Positions 18,097 to 32,977 of a DNA stretch of 64,000 nucleotides are shown here, one piece after another. A program made the translations under genes and the position numbers. The first letter of the stretch is position 1; each line of letters opens with the position of its first letter. The stretch is from the human T2T-CHM13v2.0 reference genome, Homo sapiens: assembly GCF_009914755.1 (NCBI RefSeq), contig NC_060934.1. One strand, given 5' to 3'. The notes under the pieces are model-generated. The model had not been told where the DNA came from, did no database searches, and worked only from the letters and a program-made list of their open reading frames with translations.

Positions 18097-19002
18097 TTAA
18101 AATATTTTTTCAATGTATATAGACTACGCAAAATTTTGTTCTATATAATTTAATCAATGATACTTCCTGGTTCTCTCCCCTAAGTCAAGACAATCAGGTA
18201 TAACATATTCATTTCCCTCTGTGATGTATGTAACTTTAAGGGCACACAAGAAGGCTTCTGACTTTATTCAGGATTTATACTCCTGCAGTGGTTTGTGAAC
18301 TCTAAAAATATCGCATCCAAGCTCCAAAATTTTATCAATAACACCTTAGGATTTTATCACTTTGAACACAAAATATTTAAAGCATATGAAGGCAGACTGT
18401 ATTCCTAATGTAGCATAGAAAAAGATGAGACTAGGTTATCAATAACTCAGTGAGCCCAGCCTATTGTAGAAATGATTATAACCATACTGACTGAAAGTTC
18501 GAAAATGTGCTGCATTCAAATAAGATATTTTAATATGCAAAATAGAAGGGTAAAATTTATAGTTATAGAGACCTCTAACAGGAAATACAAAATGTTGCAG
18601 CAGAATAGTTTAAAGTCTGTTCTCAGCTGGATCTCCCTTGAAACTAATGCCGCAGAAAATTAAAGAGAGCTACAGGTCTGTCACAGAGGACATGTGATTC
18701 TAAAGAACTATCTCAGCTCATCCTTTAAGCTTTTGGATGGTTACCATAATGCTGGAAGCTATGCTTGGCTCACAAATAACCAAACGATAAACAACTTCTT
18801 CTCAGCAGCCAACTGGTCAAGTGTATTTTGTGGTTTAAAATAATCTTCTTCAAATCCAACAGAACATAAAGGGAAAAAAATAAAATAAACTTTTAAAAAC
18901 GTAATTTAGAAATAAAATAGTGTTTTCAAATTTACTAATATGACAGTTGGCCTTGTAAATTAGAAAGAATGAATGAGGAGAAGCAGAAATCAAGAAGTCA
19001 AA

Positions 19003-19277
19003 CTGGTGCAGGCGCAGTGGCTCAGGCCTGTAATCCAAACACATTGGGAGGCCAAGATGGGAGGATCACTTGAGCCCAGGAGTTCAAGATCAGCCTGGGC
19101 AACATAGTGAGACCCCATCTCTTAAAAAAAAAATAGCTGGGTGGGGTGGCCCATGCTTGTAGTCCAAGCTACTTCATGGGCTGAGATGGGAGGATCACTT
19201 GAACCCATAAAGTTGAAACTGCAGTAAGCCATGCACTGAACTCCAGCCTGGGCAATAAAGCAGAGCCAGACAGTGGC
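19003..19277 (+). mobile_element. AluJ whose tail runs into a purine tract
   Basis: ggaggatcacttgagcccaggagttc. Confidence 0.9.
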
Positions 19278-19852
19278 AAAAGAAAAGGAAAAGGAAAACG
19301 GAAAGGGAAGAGGAAAGAGAAGGGGAAGGGAAAGGGAGGAGAAAGGGGGAGAGGAGGGGAGAGGGGAGGGAATGGGAGGGAAGGGGAGAGGGAAGAGAAG
19401 GGGGGAAGGGAGAAGCAGGGAAGGGGAAGGGGAGGAAAGAGAATGGGGAGGGGAAGGGTAGGAAAGGGAACGAGGAGGGGAAGGGGAGGAAAGGGAAGGG
19501 GGAGGGGAAGGGGAGGGAAAGGGAAGGGAAGAGGAAAGGAATGGGAAAGTGAAGGGGAAGAAAAGGAAAGGAAAAGGGAAAGAGAAGGGGAAGGGAAAGG
19601 GGAAGGGGAGGAAGGAAAAGGGAAAGGAAAGAGAAGGGGAAGGAAAGGGGAAGGGAAAGAAAAGGGGAAGGGGAAGGGGAAAGGAAGGGAAAGGGAAGAG
19701 GAAGGGGAAGGGGGAAGAGGAAGGGGAACAGAACAAGAAAGGGGAGGGGAAAGGGAAGGGGAAAGGGAAAGGAATGGGAATGGGAAGGGGAAGGGGAAGG
19801 GGAGGGGAGGGGAGGGGAGGGGAAGGGGAAAAGGAAGGGAAGGAAAAGAAAC
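19278..19852. repeat. GA-rich low-complexity tract, mixed (GGGAA/GGAAA/GGGGA)n units
   Basis: About 570 bp, nearly all purines on the + strand. Confidence 0.97.
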
Positions 19853-20153
19853 AAAGGGGTTTTGAAAGGAATGAAGGAACACACAGAAACAGTAGACAGA
19901 AACATTGTTTTCATTAAGGCTTCTATCTAGAAAGATATTTTCAGTTATATTTTTGTATTGATAGTCAACATCCAATATTAAATGAGTTGTAGGACTTTTA
20001 AAAGACTCAAAATTAATTTTTCATTTGAAAATGATAAATTTGTGCAATCTAAGTATGAGAGGAAGTGAAATGTCACAAACCCAAATACAGCAAATGTACT
20101 AGATTCTAGTCTGCATTCGCTTAAACAAAAGATATCTCAAAAAAAACATTATA

Positions 20154-20494
20154 CAGTCATGCACCCCATAACAACGTCAATGGACCACATATATAATGGT
20201 GATCACATAAGATTAAAATCCTGTATTTTTACTATACTTCTTCTATGTTTAGATATGTTGGATACACAAATATCTAAATATGAATGCATTGTGTCCCAGC
20301 TGTGTATTCAGTATAGCTACATGCTATATAGGTTTCCAGCCTAGAAGAACAGGATATACCATGTAACCTAGGTGTGTTGTAGGCTACACCATCTAGGTTT
20401 GTGTAAGTGCACTCTATGATGTTCACACAAGGATGAAATCGCCTAACAATGCAATTCTCAGGATGTATCTCTGTCATTAAGCAAGGCATGACTA
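20154..20494 (+). mobile_element. Tigger3a/MER7-type DNA transposon
   Basis: TIRs cagtcatgc / gcatgact, TA flanks, ~340 bp. Confidence 0.8.
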
Positions 20495-21343
20495 TATTCC
20501 TATTTGCTCTCCCTTAAAATGTAACCATACTTTGTTTTCAGCTAGACCCGAGGTCCTGCGGGAAAAAAAAAAAAAAGACCGAGCCCTGAAAACCACAGAA
20601 GAGCTTTAAGGAAGCACACAAATTTTCTGGAGTGGGTAAAGGAATCTGTTGGTGTGAGTAATGCCTGTGTTTCAGCTCTTGGAAGTCTACAGGTAATTCT
20701 GATGCACACCCATGTAGAACCTTTAAGCTATCTAGTAAGACAGTAAGTTCTGGAACTCAGGAATAGTACCAGCTGCTTGTTTCCTTCACCACCACCCTCA
20801 AGCCTCACTCCTATCCTATTTATCTAGGACTTCTCAGAGCATTTTATACATCCTAACTACTTCATACTTTATTAGCCTAGAATTTATGTGAAACAATTAC
20901 TAATAGCTTTAAAAATGTTCATCTCCTTACCAAATAAGTCTACTGGAGGAATCTAGTCAAAGAAAATAATCAGAGATGCCAACATAAATTGATAAATAAG
21001 GACATTCTCTGAAGGGTACTTCTAAAGGTTACTTATAAAAGCAAACAAAATTGGCAAAAATATAAATGTCATACAACAGAAAAAACCATCAAATAAAGTT
21101 AAACATTAACTATAAGAACTCAACACATAATATAACATTATGTAAACTATCCATATTTATGAGGCATAGGAAAATTCTCTCAATACAGCAGAAATTGGAA
21201 ACATTGCAGGAAATTAAACTATACTTGGATGGTTCCCCCTGGTAATAAGAATAGCCAACATCTGTATAGAGCCATGCTCCACAGAAGTCCTGAAGTTAAT
21301 ACATCAAAATGTCATTACTACTCATCTTCAAAATTTCAAATTA

Positions 21344-21692
21344 CAATCATCCCTCAGTATCCATGGGGGACTGGTTCCAGAACCCCTTGCAGATACCAAA
21401 ATCCATAGATGCTGAAGTCTCTTACATAAAATGGTGGACTACTGCACATAACCCATGCACATCCTCCCATATAGTTTAAATGATCTCTAGATGACTTATA
21501 TGACCTATTACAAAGAAAATGCTTTGTGTAAATAGTTGTTATTCTGCATTATATAGGAAATTAGGACAAAGAAAAGTTTCTACGTGTTCAGTACAGACAC
21601 AACCATTGTTTTTTTGTTGTTGTTCCAAATATTTTCAATCTAATCTTGGTTGAATCCGTGGATGCAGAACCCATGGACACAGAAGCCTGATG
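21344..21692 (+). mobile_element. MER2
   Basis: ccctcagtatccatgggggactggttccag .. gaatccgtggatgcagaacccatgga. Confidence 0.85.
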
Positions 21693-23771
21693 GCATTTCC
21701 CTGCTTCTATATACCCTTCATTACCGTACATATGCAAAGAGCAAGCTGTATTACTATCAGGGAAAAAAAAGGGGGTTGGGGAACCTTGAAAAATACTTCA
21801 AAAATGTTTATAAAAATAATTTCCTAAACTTAGACAAAACATCTCACCCTTCTAATAGAAAGAAAAGCGAGATGACAAAGACATAACTAAGAAAGCATCT
21901 CTTACAAGTGGTTGTGTGTATCGGGGGTATTGGAAAGATAGCAAACATGCTAAGCAACTAAACCAAACAGAAATAATAAACCCAAGGGGTAAGAAACATT
22001 GCAAGGTCTCCATTTAAAAAATCAAAAGAAAAGGAAGCTAATGATGCCAATGCAATAGGTTCCCTTTATTACTTTCTTCCCCTTTCCCTAATCAGGTGAG
22101 AATCTCTTTTGGAAACTTGTCCGGACCTGGTTTTTATACTAAGTCTACCTATGTTAATTGTTTAGGGGGAAATATCATTTACAAAAACAATGCCACTCAT
22201 TATTTAGAGGGAAGGAACAATGGCTTGTAGCAACTGCACAGTGAAATAGTCCACAGTCCTTATCCCCGGCACTGCATGGAAAGCAGATTCTTCTAAGAGC
22301 TCATTACATCTTTCTTGATGGGATAAATCACATGCTCTCCACAGACTAGCTGGCCTCTTTATTCACAGCAACACTGACTTAATAAGGAAGACCAAAGAGG
22401 TGGCAAGATGATTTAAGTATTCACACCGATTGAAATACTCTTCCTCAGGATAAAATATTAACCACATGTTAACTCTCAAATGAAAATACAGCCTCTAGCA
22501 AGAAACTTTCCACACAAAGTATGAGCAAAATGTTCCCTAAAACAGTTGGAAAAGGTAGTCAGCCACAAAATACTGGACACAAAGGTGAGTATTTCAAATA
22601 ACTTTGAAAAAAGCCACAACTCCCTTACCCTCTCCATCTCACTTCCAAATGAAAACATGAAATATTTTAAGAAATTCAGAAGCCTATGGGACCCTCGGCC
22701 TCTTCAGGCCCTCAAGCAACTGAGTATCATCATCATCTGTACACTCTGCCCACTAAGCTAATAGTGGAATGAGATTATGACCACTATTTCAACAAGGAAG
22801 ACTCCACCTCTCGTTTGTGATTTTGAACCAAAGGAGAGAGTTTGACATGATGGTGCTCTAACATATCAGAATACAACTTTCCTGCTTAGAAACAAGATTT
22901 TAATTGATTGGTAACATTATTCTAAAATAATTTACTCTGCTCATTTAACTTGGAAGAATATAAACCACTTAACTATGTAGATGAGTTATTTAAGAATGTT
23001 AACTTATTTTAACCACTAGAGATCACTAAATCAGAGGGCTATGAATGCACAACTAATTTATTTCTACAATTTTATACAGAAAACCTGAACCACTACAGAC
23101 TCATAAGAATTTATAACATCTTAAAGCATGAGACCATAGGTAAGCTCTCCTGGGCTTAACAGAAATAAATAAATTGAATGCTTTGTACCTAAGCAGCAAG
23201 TATGCTTTCCTTCCTTCTGAATATTGAAAAGATGAGGAGGCTTTTTATAACTGAAAATAAAATGCCATCTAATCATATTTATATATGAGCTCTCAGACTA
23301 AAATACAAACAGCATAAAACGCAGACAGCAAGATTAGTATTTGAAGAGTAAAGCCAACGAAAATTCAAAATACTAATTCATTACACATTACTATTTAAGT
23401 ATATCATATGCGAATATCACTTCATCTAAAAATATGTATGTAGATCAAGGCTTTTCCTATGGGAAAGTATGGGCATCTGGTTACATTAAATACTGCTCCA
23501 TGGAAGTAAAAAGATTGCTGAATATTTAACAATTTTTAAGATAAATATTATATTTAAGGATGTCTCACAACACTGATACTTAAAATGTGAAAAAAAGAGA
23601 AAGAGCATGGATGTCCAAAATTGAGAGAAAACAGAATACAATCTACAATGAAATGTTTTACACTCATTAAAATATTGATAATAAAATTCACACCAGGGAA
23701 AATCCCTATTGTACGAAAAATAATGTTGAAATAATCAGGATGCAAATATATGAACATAGCATGACTCCAAC

Positions 23772-23772
<1 letters not shown>

Positions 23773-23805
<33 letters not shown>
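23773..23805. repeat. (TG)16 microsatellite
   Basis: Direct reading. Confidence 0.97.
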
Positions 23806-23809
<4 letters not shown>

Positions 23810-23909
23810 ACTGGTTGTTGCTGGGTTCTGGAGTTATGAATAATTTTATTTTGTTCTATAAGTTCGCCAAATTTTCTACAATGATAGTAGCATGTCATTT
23901 AAAACAACA

Positions 23910-24213
23910 GGCTGGGCATGGTGGCTCATGTCTGTAATTCCAGCCTTTGGGACGCTGAGATGGGAGGAACACCCAAGTCCAAAAGTTTGAGACTGGCCTG
24001 GGCAACACAGCAAGACCCCGTTTCTAAAAAAATTAAACAACCAGCCAGGTGTGATGGCTAGTGCCAGTAGACCCAGCTACTTGGGAGGCTGAGGCAGGAG
24101 AATGCTTGAACCTGGGAGGTAGAAGTTGTAGTGAGCTGAGATTGCACCACTGCACTCCAGCCTGGGTGACAAAGCAAGACCCCATCTCTAAATAAATAAA
24201 TAAATAAATAAAT
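23910..24213 (+). mobile_element. AluJ/S with (TAAA)n tail
   Basis: Dimeric Alu. Confidence 0.92.
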
Positions 24214-24229
24214 ATTTAAAAATGAAACT

Positions 24230-24795
24230 GCGTCAGCTAGGTGGATGTGGTTAATTGGCAGTGAGAGTCTCAGTGCTCTCCTAACGTGTTCCTGTGCTGC
24301 AGAGGTTTTAAGGCTAATGTTCTACTTCCCAGGCTCTTCTGCAGAGAAGGGTCTAGATACAAACTGAACTCCACCTACTCAGATTCAGTAGCATGAGATT
24401 TTAATAGTGGTTTGAAACAGAATTTTCCTGGGCTGTGATGACTGGCAGCATTTCTAGGGTGGGTCTCCAGCTTCACAAGTGACAGAAGCAAGTTGAGTAC
24501 ACCTGGAGGCAGGGTGGTGTATAGTGTGTAGTAGGCAGGCTCCGGTGGGAGGAGTTCAGGCCCCTGGACTGCAGCACCTCCTTCACCACGAAAGCAGAGA
24601 GGGTAGCTCCACAGGCAAGCCACATGTTTGTTACTGCATAGTTTTAAAGGTTCTCCAGGACCACCTAGGACCTGCTCTGCAAACCCTTCCAGTGATTTTG
24701 TGAGAAAAACATTCTAAGTGATAAATTCCTTTTGTTCAAAAATGTTTTATGATAAAAACACGTTCTGTTTGCTGCAACTGAAACGGACTCACACA
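24230..24795 (+). mobile_element. Old ERVL-class LTR remnant
   Basis: ctacttcccaggctc and a terminal ttctgtttgctgcaactgaa..cacaca pattern; family uncertain. Confidence 0.4.
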
Positions 24796-25557
24796 TCCAA
24801 GATGTTGAATGACTTGAAAAGAAACTTCCGTATGTTTCAAACAGTTGAAAACCAAGTTAAAAAAATTTTTTTAAACTGCCAGCTTGACTTGTTTACACAT
24901 TTGTGAATATCCATGTAAATTAAATTAGGTCTGTTCTAAAAAAAGATTAACTGCCATGAGACCCACTGATAAACTGGATTCTGCTTCTTTGGATAGTCTA
25001 CTGCAAGATAAAGTCCTCAAAACTTACAAGCTAATCTTAATGAGAAGATCTTCCAATATGGCTCCTCAACACATCTATAAAAACAAAGTATTTCAGGAGA
25101 CTAAGCCTAACAGTTAAGTTCATAATTCAAAAAAAAACCAGAAACTAAATATACTCTTTTTTTCAACTAGATTCTTCTCAGTTTAAACCTATGTTTTCCA
25201 TGTACTTTTTTTGTCACTAGAATTACTACAGAGAGGAGTGTGCTGAAATGCAAACCAAAGTTGAAAGAAATATTTAAAACAGGTATTTTTATACCTATGC
25301 AAAGAATAAATCAAGCAAATATCAAGCTACATCTTTTTCATCTTATGTGATTAGTATTATTTTGACATTTCTCAATATATACTGTGCTAACTTACTGGCT
25401 GCACTGAAAAAATGTTTATTAATTCTTTCAACAGAAGTTTATTGAGCATCTACAGATTCAAAAGTGAAAATGACAGATTCAGCAAAAAGCACATTAAATA
25501 AGAGGTGAGAAGCGTGACAAAAAGGAACAATAAGGGTTCTGACAAAGAGCATCAACA

Positions 25558-25851
25558 TTTTTTTAGTTGTTGAGATGGAGTCTCACTCTGTCGCCCAGGC
25601 TAGAGTGCAGCGGCGTGATCTCGGCTCACTGCAACCTCCGCCTCCTGGGTTCAAGCGATTATTGTGCCTCAGCATCCTGAGTAGTTAGAATTACAGGTGC
25701 ATGCCAGCACACCTGGCTAATTTTTGTATTTTTAGTGGAGATGGGGTTTTGCTATGTTGGCCAGGCGGGCCTTGACCTCCTGGCCAGGAGTTCCACCTGC
25801 CTTGGACTCCCAAAGTGCTGAGATTATAGGTGGGAGCCACCACGCCCAGCC
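25558..25851 (-). mobile_element. AluS
   Basis: Full dimer. Confidence 0.93.
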
Positions 25852-26407
25852 AACAAATTTTTTAAAACAGACAAAACAAGCTAAAATAAAGTTTCTTTAT
25901 TCAGATTAAATAAATTAGGTCAAGGACTAAAATAAATTAGGTCAGGGAAGAAAGTATTATGAAGACTAGACAACACACTTCCATTTACAAGGAGACTTAG
26001 GATAAAACGATCAACTGTGTAATCAAACTAAATTACCATGAAGTCCACTTTCATCCTTAAAAGTTCATAATGTTCTAAGTTCCTTAATGTACCTCATGAA
26101 CCAATATAAATATTTGCTTATAAATGTGTCAAATATCCCTGTAAGAACATAGAAAAAGCAAATAAAGAGGTTGCCTGTGAGGAGAAATGGGAGAGGAGAC
26201 CAGGAGACACAGCAAGAAAGGGACTTTATATGGCACATAATGTGTTGAATGTTTTCATTTTTAACGATATGAAATGGAATCTATTCAAAAAATGGATATA
26301 TTAATAAGTGCACACCATACACGGCACTGATTTTCATCAGAAAATCCAAGTGTGATATAAAATAGGAGACTATCTGAACTTTGATATGAAAGTTGGTACC
26401 ACGCTCA

Positions 26408-26743
<336 letters not shown>

Positions 26744-26884
26744 CTAATGTTGGTAAACTACATGTTAGGAGAACGTAGGGAAATCCTAAAGATTAAGGAA
26801 CAGAATTACACTTTTGTAAAAGGGGACAAGTGGGTCAGTATTCTAAACACAAATTCCTTTAGGTCCTTTAAAATACTACACGGT

Positions 26885-27130
26885 GAAAGAGATGCGGTCA
26901 AGTGTCGGCTCCGAGCAAAATGGCCCAGGTTTGTACTTGGACTTCACTCCTTGTTATCTATGTGGCCCTGGCCAGGTTGCCTAACTGTTCTCTGCCTCTA
27001 GTCCTTTCCAACTCAAATGAAAATAAAACAGTACCTCTTTCATCAGGGTAATGTAAGGACTAAATAATATAAAGGGGTTAAACAGTGCTAGACATATAGT
27101 GTGTACTCAGTAGAGAGTAATATAATAACC
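26885..27130 (+). mobile_element. MIR
   Basis: tgtggccctggccaggttgcctaactgttctctgcctc..acagtgctagacatatagt. Confidence 0.65.
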
Positions 27131-27261
27131 ATTACTGTGATCATTACCCCAATATTTCTAAATAATCATCACATATATCATTTAAAAAATAATGAATCTA
27201 AGCAAGTAAACAAATTTCACCTACCTTTTAATCATATCTACTGTAATAAAAACACAGAATC

Positions 27262-27462
27262 TATATAGTTAACAAATAATTTATTGTATATTTCAAAGTA
27301 GCTAGAAGAGAGGATTTGAAATGTTTCCAATACAAAAAAAGATAAATAATTGAGGTGTGAATATCCTAATTACCTAGATTTGACCATAACACATGGTATG
27401 CATGTATCAAAACATCACATATTCTCCGTAAATACATAAAATTATGTATCAATTTTTAAAAA
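27262..27462 (+). mobile_element. L1MA 3' end fragment
   Basis: tattgtatatttcaaagtagctagaagagaggatttgaaatgtttcc. Confidence 0.8.
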
Positions 27463-27994
27463 TCTATAGAATCTAGACATTTGGCTGCTCTACTGAAAAA
27501 TTTTGTTGAATAAAATGTTTCTTTTGTTCAATAAAGTATTGTCAGAAAGTGTAGTGCCCAAATATATTATTTATACTTAAGACAGAAAATACTCAAAGTA
27601 ATATGTTAATCTGCAGGTAGTTTCTGTCATATACTCACATATACAATTACACGAAAGGTAGTATTTTAGCAAATGTATTTGCATAGAAGAGCTTGCTTGC
27701 AATTGCTATAACAGTATCAATAATACACTCAGGTGAACATTTGTATCATTATCAGTAACAATGAGAACAGCCTGGCAAATAGGATCACTGTCACAGCAGA
27801 GAAGAAACAGAATTAAAAATGCAAAGTGAAGAAGAAAAGAGTCTGCAATAGCTGCAATCAGAACTAAAAGTTCCACTCAGCAACTGAGTGAAATCACTCA
27901 AAAACATAAGACAAAATTTAAATTATGTTTAGAATACTCTGTTTTTAAAAACTAGGATGTAAGTATTTGTTTTAAAGCCTCTAACAATACAGTT

Positions 27995-28301
27995 TTACTG
28001 ACTGATTGACTGGTTGAGACAGAGTCTGGCTCTGTCACCCAGGCTGGAATGCAGTGGCACAATCTCGGCTCACAGCAAACTCCGCCTCCTGGGTTCAAGT
28101 GATTCACCTGCCTCAGCCTCCCGAGTAGCTACAGGCTACTACAAGTGTGCACCACCATGATAAGCTAGTTTTTGTGTTTTTAGTAGAGACGGGGTTTCAC
28201 CATGTTAGCCAGGCTGGTCTTGAACTCCTGACCTCAGGTTATCCACCCGCCTCGGCCCCAAAAAGTGCTGGGATTACAGGCGTGAGCCACCACGTCCGGT
28301 C
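27995..28301 (-). mobile_element. AluS with (CTGA)n-type tail
   Basis: Dimeric Alu. Confidence 0.92.
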
Positions 28302-29843
28302 TAATGACATAGCTTTAACCATGAAGCAGTAAACTCATCATTTGTTCTAGGAGGGATATTTTTGAAACACTGGTGCACTGGTCAATGGTAAAGATATGGA
28401 AACCTTGAGGATACCAAACAGGCTATTTATATACAGTGAAAGCTGTATTTAAACCACTGTCAATCCAATAGTCTCCAATGTGAAAGCAAATTAGAACTTA
28501 TCAGAGCAAACAGAAGCATATGAAACATAGTAATAACAAATTTAACATGGACTTCTACATCATGAGGATTCAATAATAACAACACAGTCTGAGCAACGTT
28601 ACTAGGGCAAAAATTTAGTCAACTCCAAATTTAATACTTTGGTGGCTATCTTAATGTGCTGAGAGAAACATAAACATGAGGATTTTAATAATTTCTGGAT
28701 TTTAGTGTCTGTAAACATTCATGACAACCTTTGCTGCTTATTAATTTACACCCCCCAAAATAAAAATAAACACCAATAAGAACTATATAGTCACTCTTAG
28801 AACAAGGTCGCAAAAATACACATCTAAAAATTGATATGCATTAATATTACAATGCCCTTACTATAAGGAAAGTTCTCTACCAAGAGGAAGCAAAATTTCC
28901 AGAATCATCAAATTAAAAACTGTAAGGAAAAAAGCAACAAAATGGGGAGAGGTGGGCAGGAAAACTCTAAAAACTTTTAGACAATGTTATTACTTAGACA
29001 CAGATTCTGTTGCTGTCCAATTACAGGGTTAGTTATTCAGTTGTTAGGTACCTCTGTACACCTCCATTTCTCTCCCTCTTCTGTCACCCATCTGTATGTA
29101 AGTCTACAAGAGGCACTATTAACTCAGAAGAGGAGGCCTTTAAAAAATAGCACAAACATAGGACCAAAAGCAGTACCCAATATCTATAGTAAAATAATCA
29201 AAGAAAAGTATATTCTAACCCCCCAATAAATTCAAGGACTGAATTAGCTTGGACACAATAAAACTGCTTGCCCTACTTGTGTTTGAAATTTTCCTCAGGA
29301 GAATACATTGCATACATGATTTTGATTAAATAATTAAGACCATCTTCTTAAGATTAGACACAAACATTGTGTTAATGTGTTAGTCTGCAACAGACAGACA
29401 AAAATAATTAGCATTTATCTCTATATACCTGTAGCTCTCGAAATAAAATATGGACTGGGGGAAAGGGGATTTGAGAAGAGGAAGATAACAGAGGGAGCTC
29501 CAGGCCCTGCGGGATGTCTCTTATGGTGGGTGATGGAGCTCATGGATAGGGTGGTGTTTGCATAAACTGCAATGTGAAGGCTGCTACAGCGAATGCTCTA
29601 TCATGCAGCCCTTCTTGTTAGTTCTTCCAACATTAAACTTTTTGTTTGCATTTCAGCAATATTTATAAAATAAATTAAAATAAATACAGTCTGGATCTTC
29701 TATTTGCACTACCTCGTCACTGAGTACTCCCACGCAATTTCAGGTGCCACGTTTACATTTATGTCCACTGTCAAATTCAGGAAGGAGTCCTAGATTTGAT
29801 TACCACGCTGATGAGAAAGAACAAAACCCAATAAAACAAGTCA

Positions 29844-30612
<769 letters not shown>

Positions 30613-31009
30613 CACTCAACAGCATTTTCTCATCAAAGGATGGCCAAATGACATCATAATGATGTTGAAATCAAGGTTTTCTTATGGTTGGAAGTGCTGT
30701 AAGACCTGAGTCATCACAGTACATAAAGGCAGCATAACCCAGGTCCAAATAAATAGACCCCGGGGCAGGTATAGGTTCATACAGCCTACAATTTAGACTC
30801 AGCAAGACTTCTTCATCTCTCACAATGATGTGCTTCTATCTGATGGATCTCTGTTACACATCTGGATGTGTATTGGTTTATGATTTCTTCTTGGATTTAT
30901 GATTGCATGAAAATTATAAGGCATTTTTATGGAGTTTTCACACACACATACACACGCGTGCACAAAGTTTAGTAACAGTGTACTAGAACCCACCACTTAA
31001 ACGGAGGGA

Positions 31010-31160
31010 TCTGAAATTTTTTTATTTAAATAAGGCACTACATTAGACACATGGAAAAACATGCGACCCACGTCACAGATGAGTAAGCTGAGGCTCAGAG
31101 AGATGACATGAAAAGTCAGTTTTCCAGCCAAGACTTCAGGCTCCTGAGCCAGTGCTCAAT
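31010..31160 (-). mobile_element. MIR
   Basis: acagatgagtaagctgaggctcagagag core. Confidence 0.7.
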
Positions 31161-31488
31161 CACAAATCACAAATTATGAAATCAAATCTATTAAGTTCCA
31201 TTCCTAGCTACCTGTGGATACAAATGTTGGTTTGTTTTTTAAAAGAGAAGAATTTTGTTGTTTTCCTAGTAGAATTATGCACTGAGAAATCATATCCTGA
31301 TTTTAATTCATAGAACGATTTCATTTTGGGAAGAGGAAGAAACGTTACATTAGCCATAAACATATATTGTAAGAGACATCCAAATTTCAGAAATGTTAAG
31401 ATAGGAAAAGGAAAAAAATCTATCATTAAATGGAGGAAGTACTACATATAAAATAGGAAAGCATGCCTGCAAGGAAACAAACTAGATT

Positions 31489-32977
31489 CAGTGATTCCCA
31501 AACTCTGATCTCAGGGCCCTTTCACACTCTAAAAATTGATGACCTCAAAGAGTTTTTGTTTATGGGAGGGTAGAGCTAGTGATATTTACCATTTTAGGAG
31601 TGAAAATGAGAACAACTTTAAAATATGTATTAATTCACTTTAATAATAATAAAACTCATCACATGTTAACACAACTCAATTTTATGAAAATTGTATTTTA
31701 TAAAACAAAGCACATTTAGTGGAAAGAGCAGCAATGTTTAACATTTTGCTTAATAGAAGACATCTGGATTCTCATATCTGCTTCTGCATTCTCAGCTGCC
31801 ATATGAAAAAGTATATAAAGGAAAAACAGAACTTCACAAATATGTAGCTGGAAGAGGGAATAATATCTTAATAGCTTTTCCAGAAAATTTTAGATTTTCT
31901 TCTGTGATACCACACCATAACTCGACCAGTGGTGGTTTCTCAAAGGTCAGCTACAATGTGAATGTGAAGTTTTCTTTCTTTGTTACATTAAAATCTATTT
32001 GTCTCACATTTTGAATTAAACTTCTACCCACGAGAAATTCCATAACATTAGTCATTTGGAAAATATTAGTTACTGAGTTATGCCAATCTTCCAAATGTTG
32101 ATACATTTCTTTATTTCAGAAAATCACATGTTAATATCTCTGCCAATTTAATCAGAAATATCTTTATGTACTGGGAAGCAGTCATGCTCACAGTGGGACA
32201 TAAGTTTTCCAAAACCTAATTTTACCTAGAAAGTTTGAATTTTATCTTTAGCAACAAATATTGCCCATTTTTTGCCTTACAGTGACAGGCTTGTGTCACT
32301 CATTTTTAATAAACTCTCTGCCAGACACTCAGGTCTGAATAACCAGTTTTTCTGTCCGTATTTCAAATGAAAACGCTGTTCTATGAGAAAACCTCACCAT
32401 GTAAATCAAGCCTTCGCATAAAAGTATTTCTCAAGACAACCACTGAGAAGCTGGGCGTGGTGGCTCACGAATGTAACACTAGCTACTGAAGGAGGCTGAA
32501 GCAGAAGGATCACTTGAGCCCAGGAGTTCAAGGCCAAGCTGGGCAACACAGTGAGACCTTACCTCAACAAAAATAAAATAAAATTAAAATTTAAAAAGGA
32601 ACCACTGAGCTTCCATATGTTGGAGAAGTGTTTTATGCCGACATCATCACACAAAATGTTAAATTGTATATTAAAGTGTCAGATTTTAAGTAATTAATTT
32701 TGTTTCTTCATCAAAAACAGTGGGTGAAAATGGCTTTTAAAAACACTGCGAGTGTGTGGGGTAAAGAATACATTTGGTGCCACCGTCTTGATTTGTGCCA
32801 AGTGATCTCTACATTTTTGCCCCTCAGGTCCTGGGCACCACTGATGTAGATGTCAACTCGGTGAACAACACAAAATCGGGTTTCATAATACTCTGAAAAC
32901 AGTACTGCACTTATGGCCTTCCTGAAATGATCTTAGTGATCCCTTAGGGCCCAGAGACCACACGCTAAGAACCACTG
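31489..32977. mobile_element. hAT-Charlie DNA transposon (non-autonomous) containing an Alu monomer
   Basis: TIR-like ends cagtgattcccaaa / taagaaccactg; CTAGA-type target sequence on both flanks. Confidence 0.75.
32449..32597 (+). mobile_element. FLAM Alu monomer
   Basis: Single arm plus A-rich tail; TSD aaccactgag. Confidence 0.85.

Noticed and set aside
19122-19975. Overlapping 120-270 aa ORFs rich in P/F/S or G/K/R/E
   Set aside because: Translations of the purine/pyrimidine tract, which lacks stops by composition.
25905-25945. Short direct duplications (also ~8465-8500, 46310-46345, 47675-47722)
   Set aside because: Common slippage scars with no added structure.
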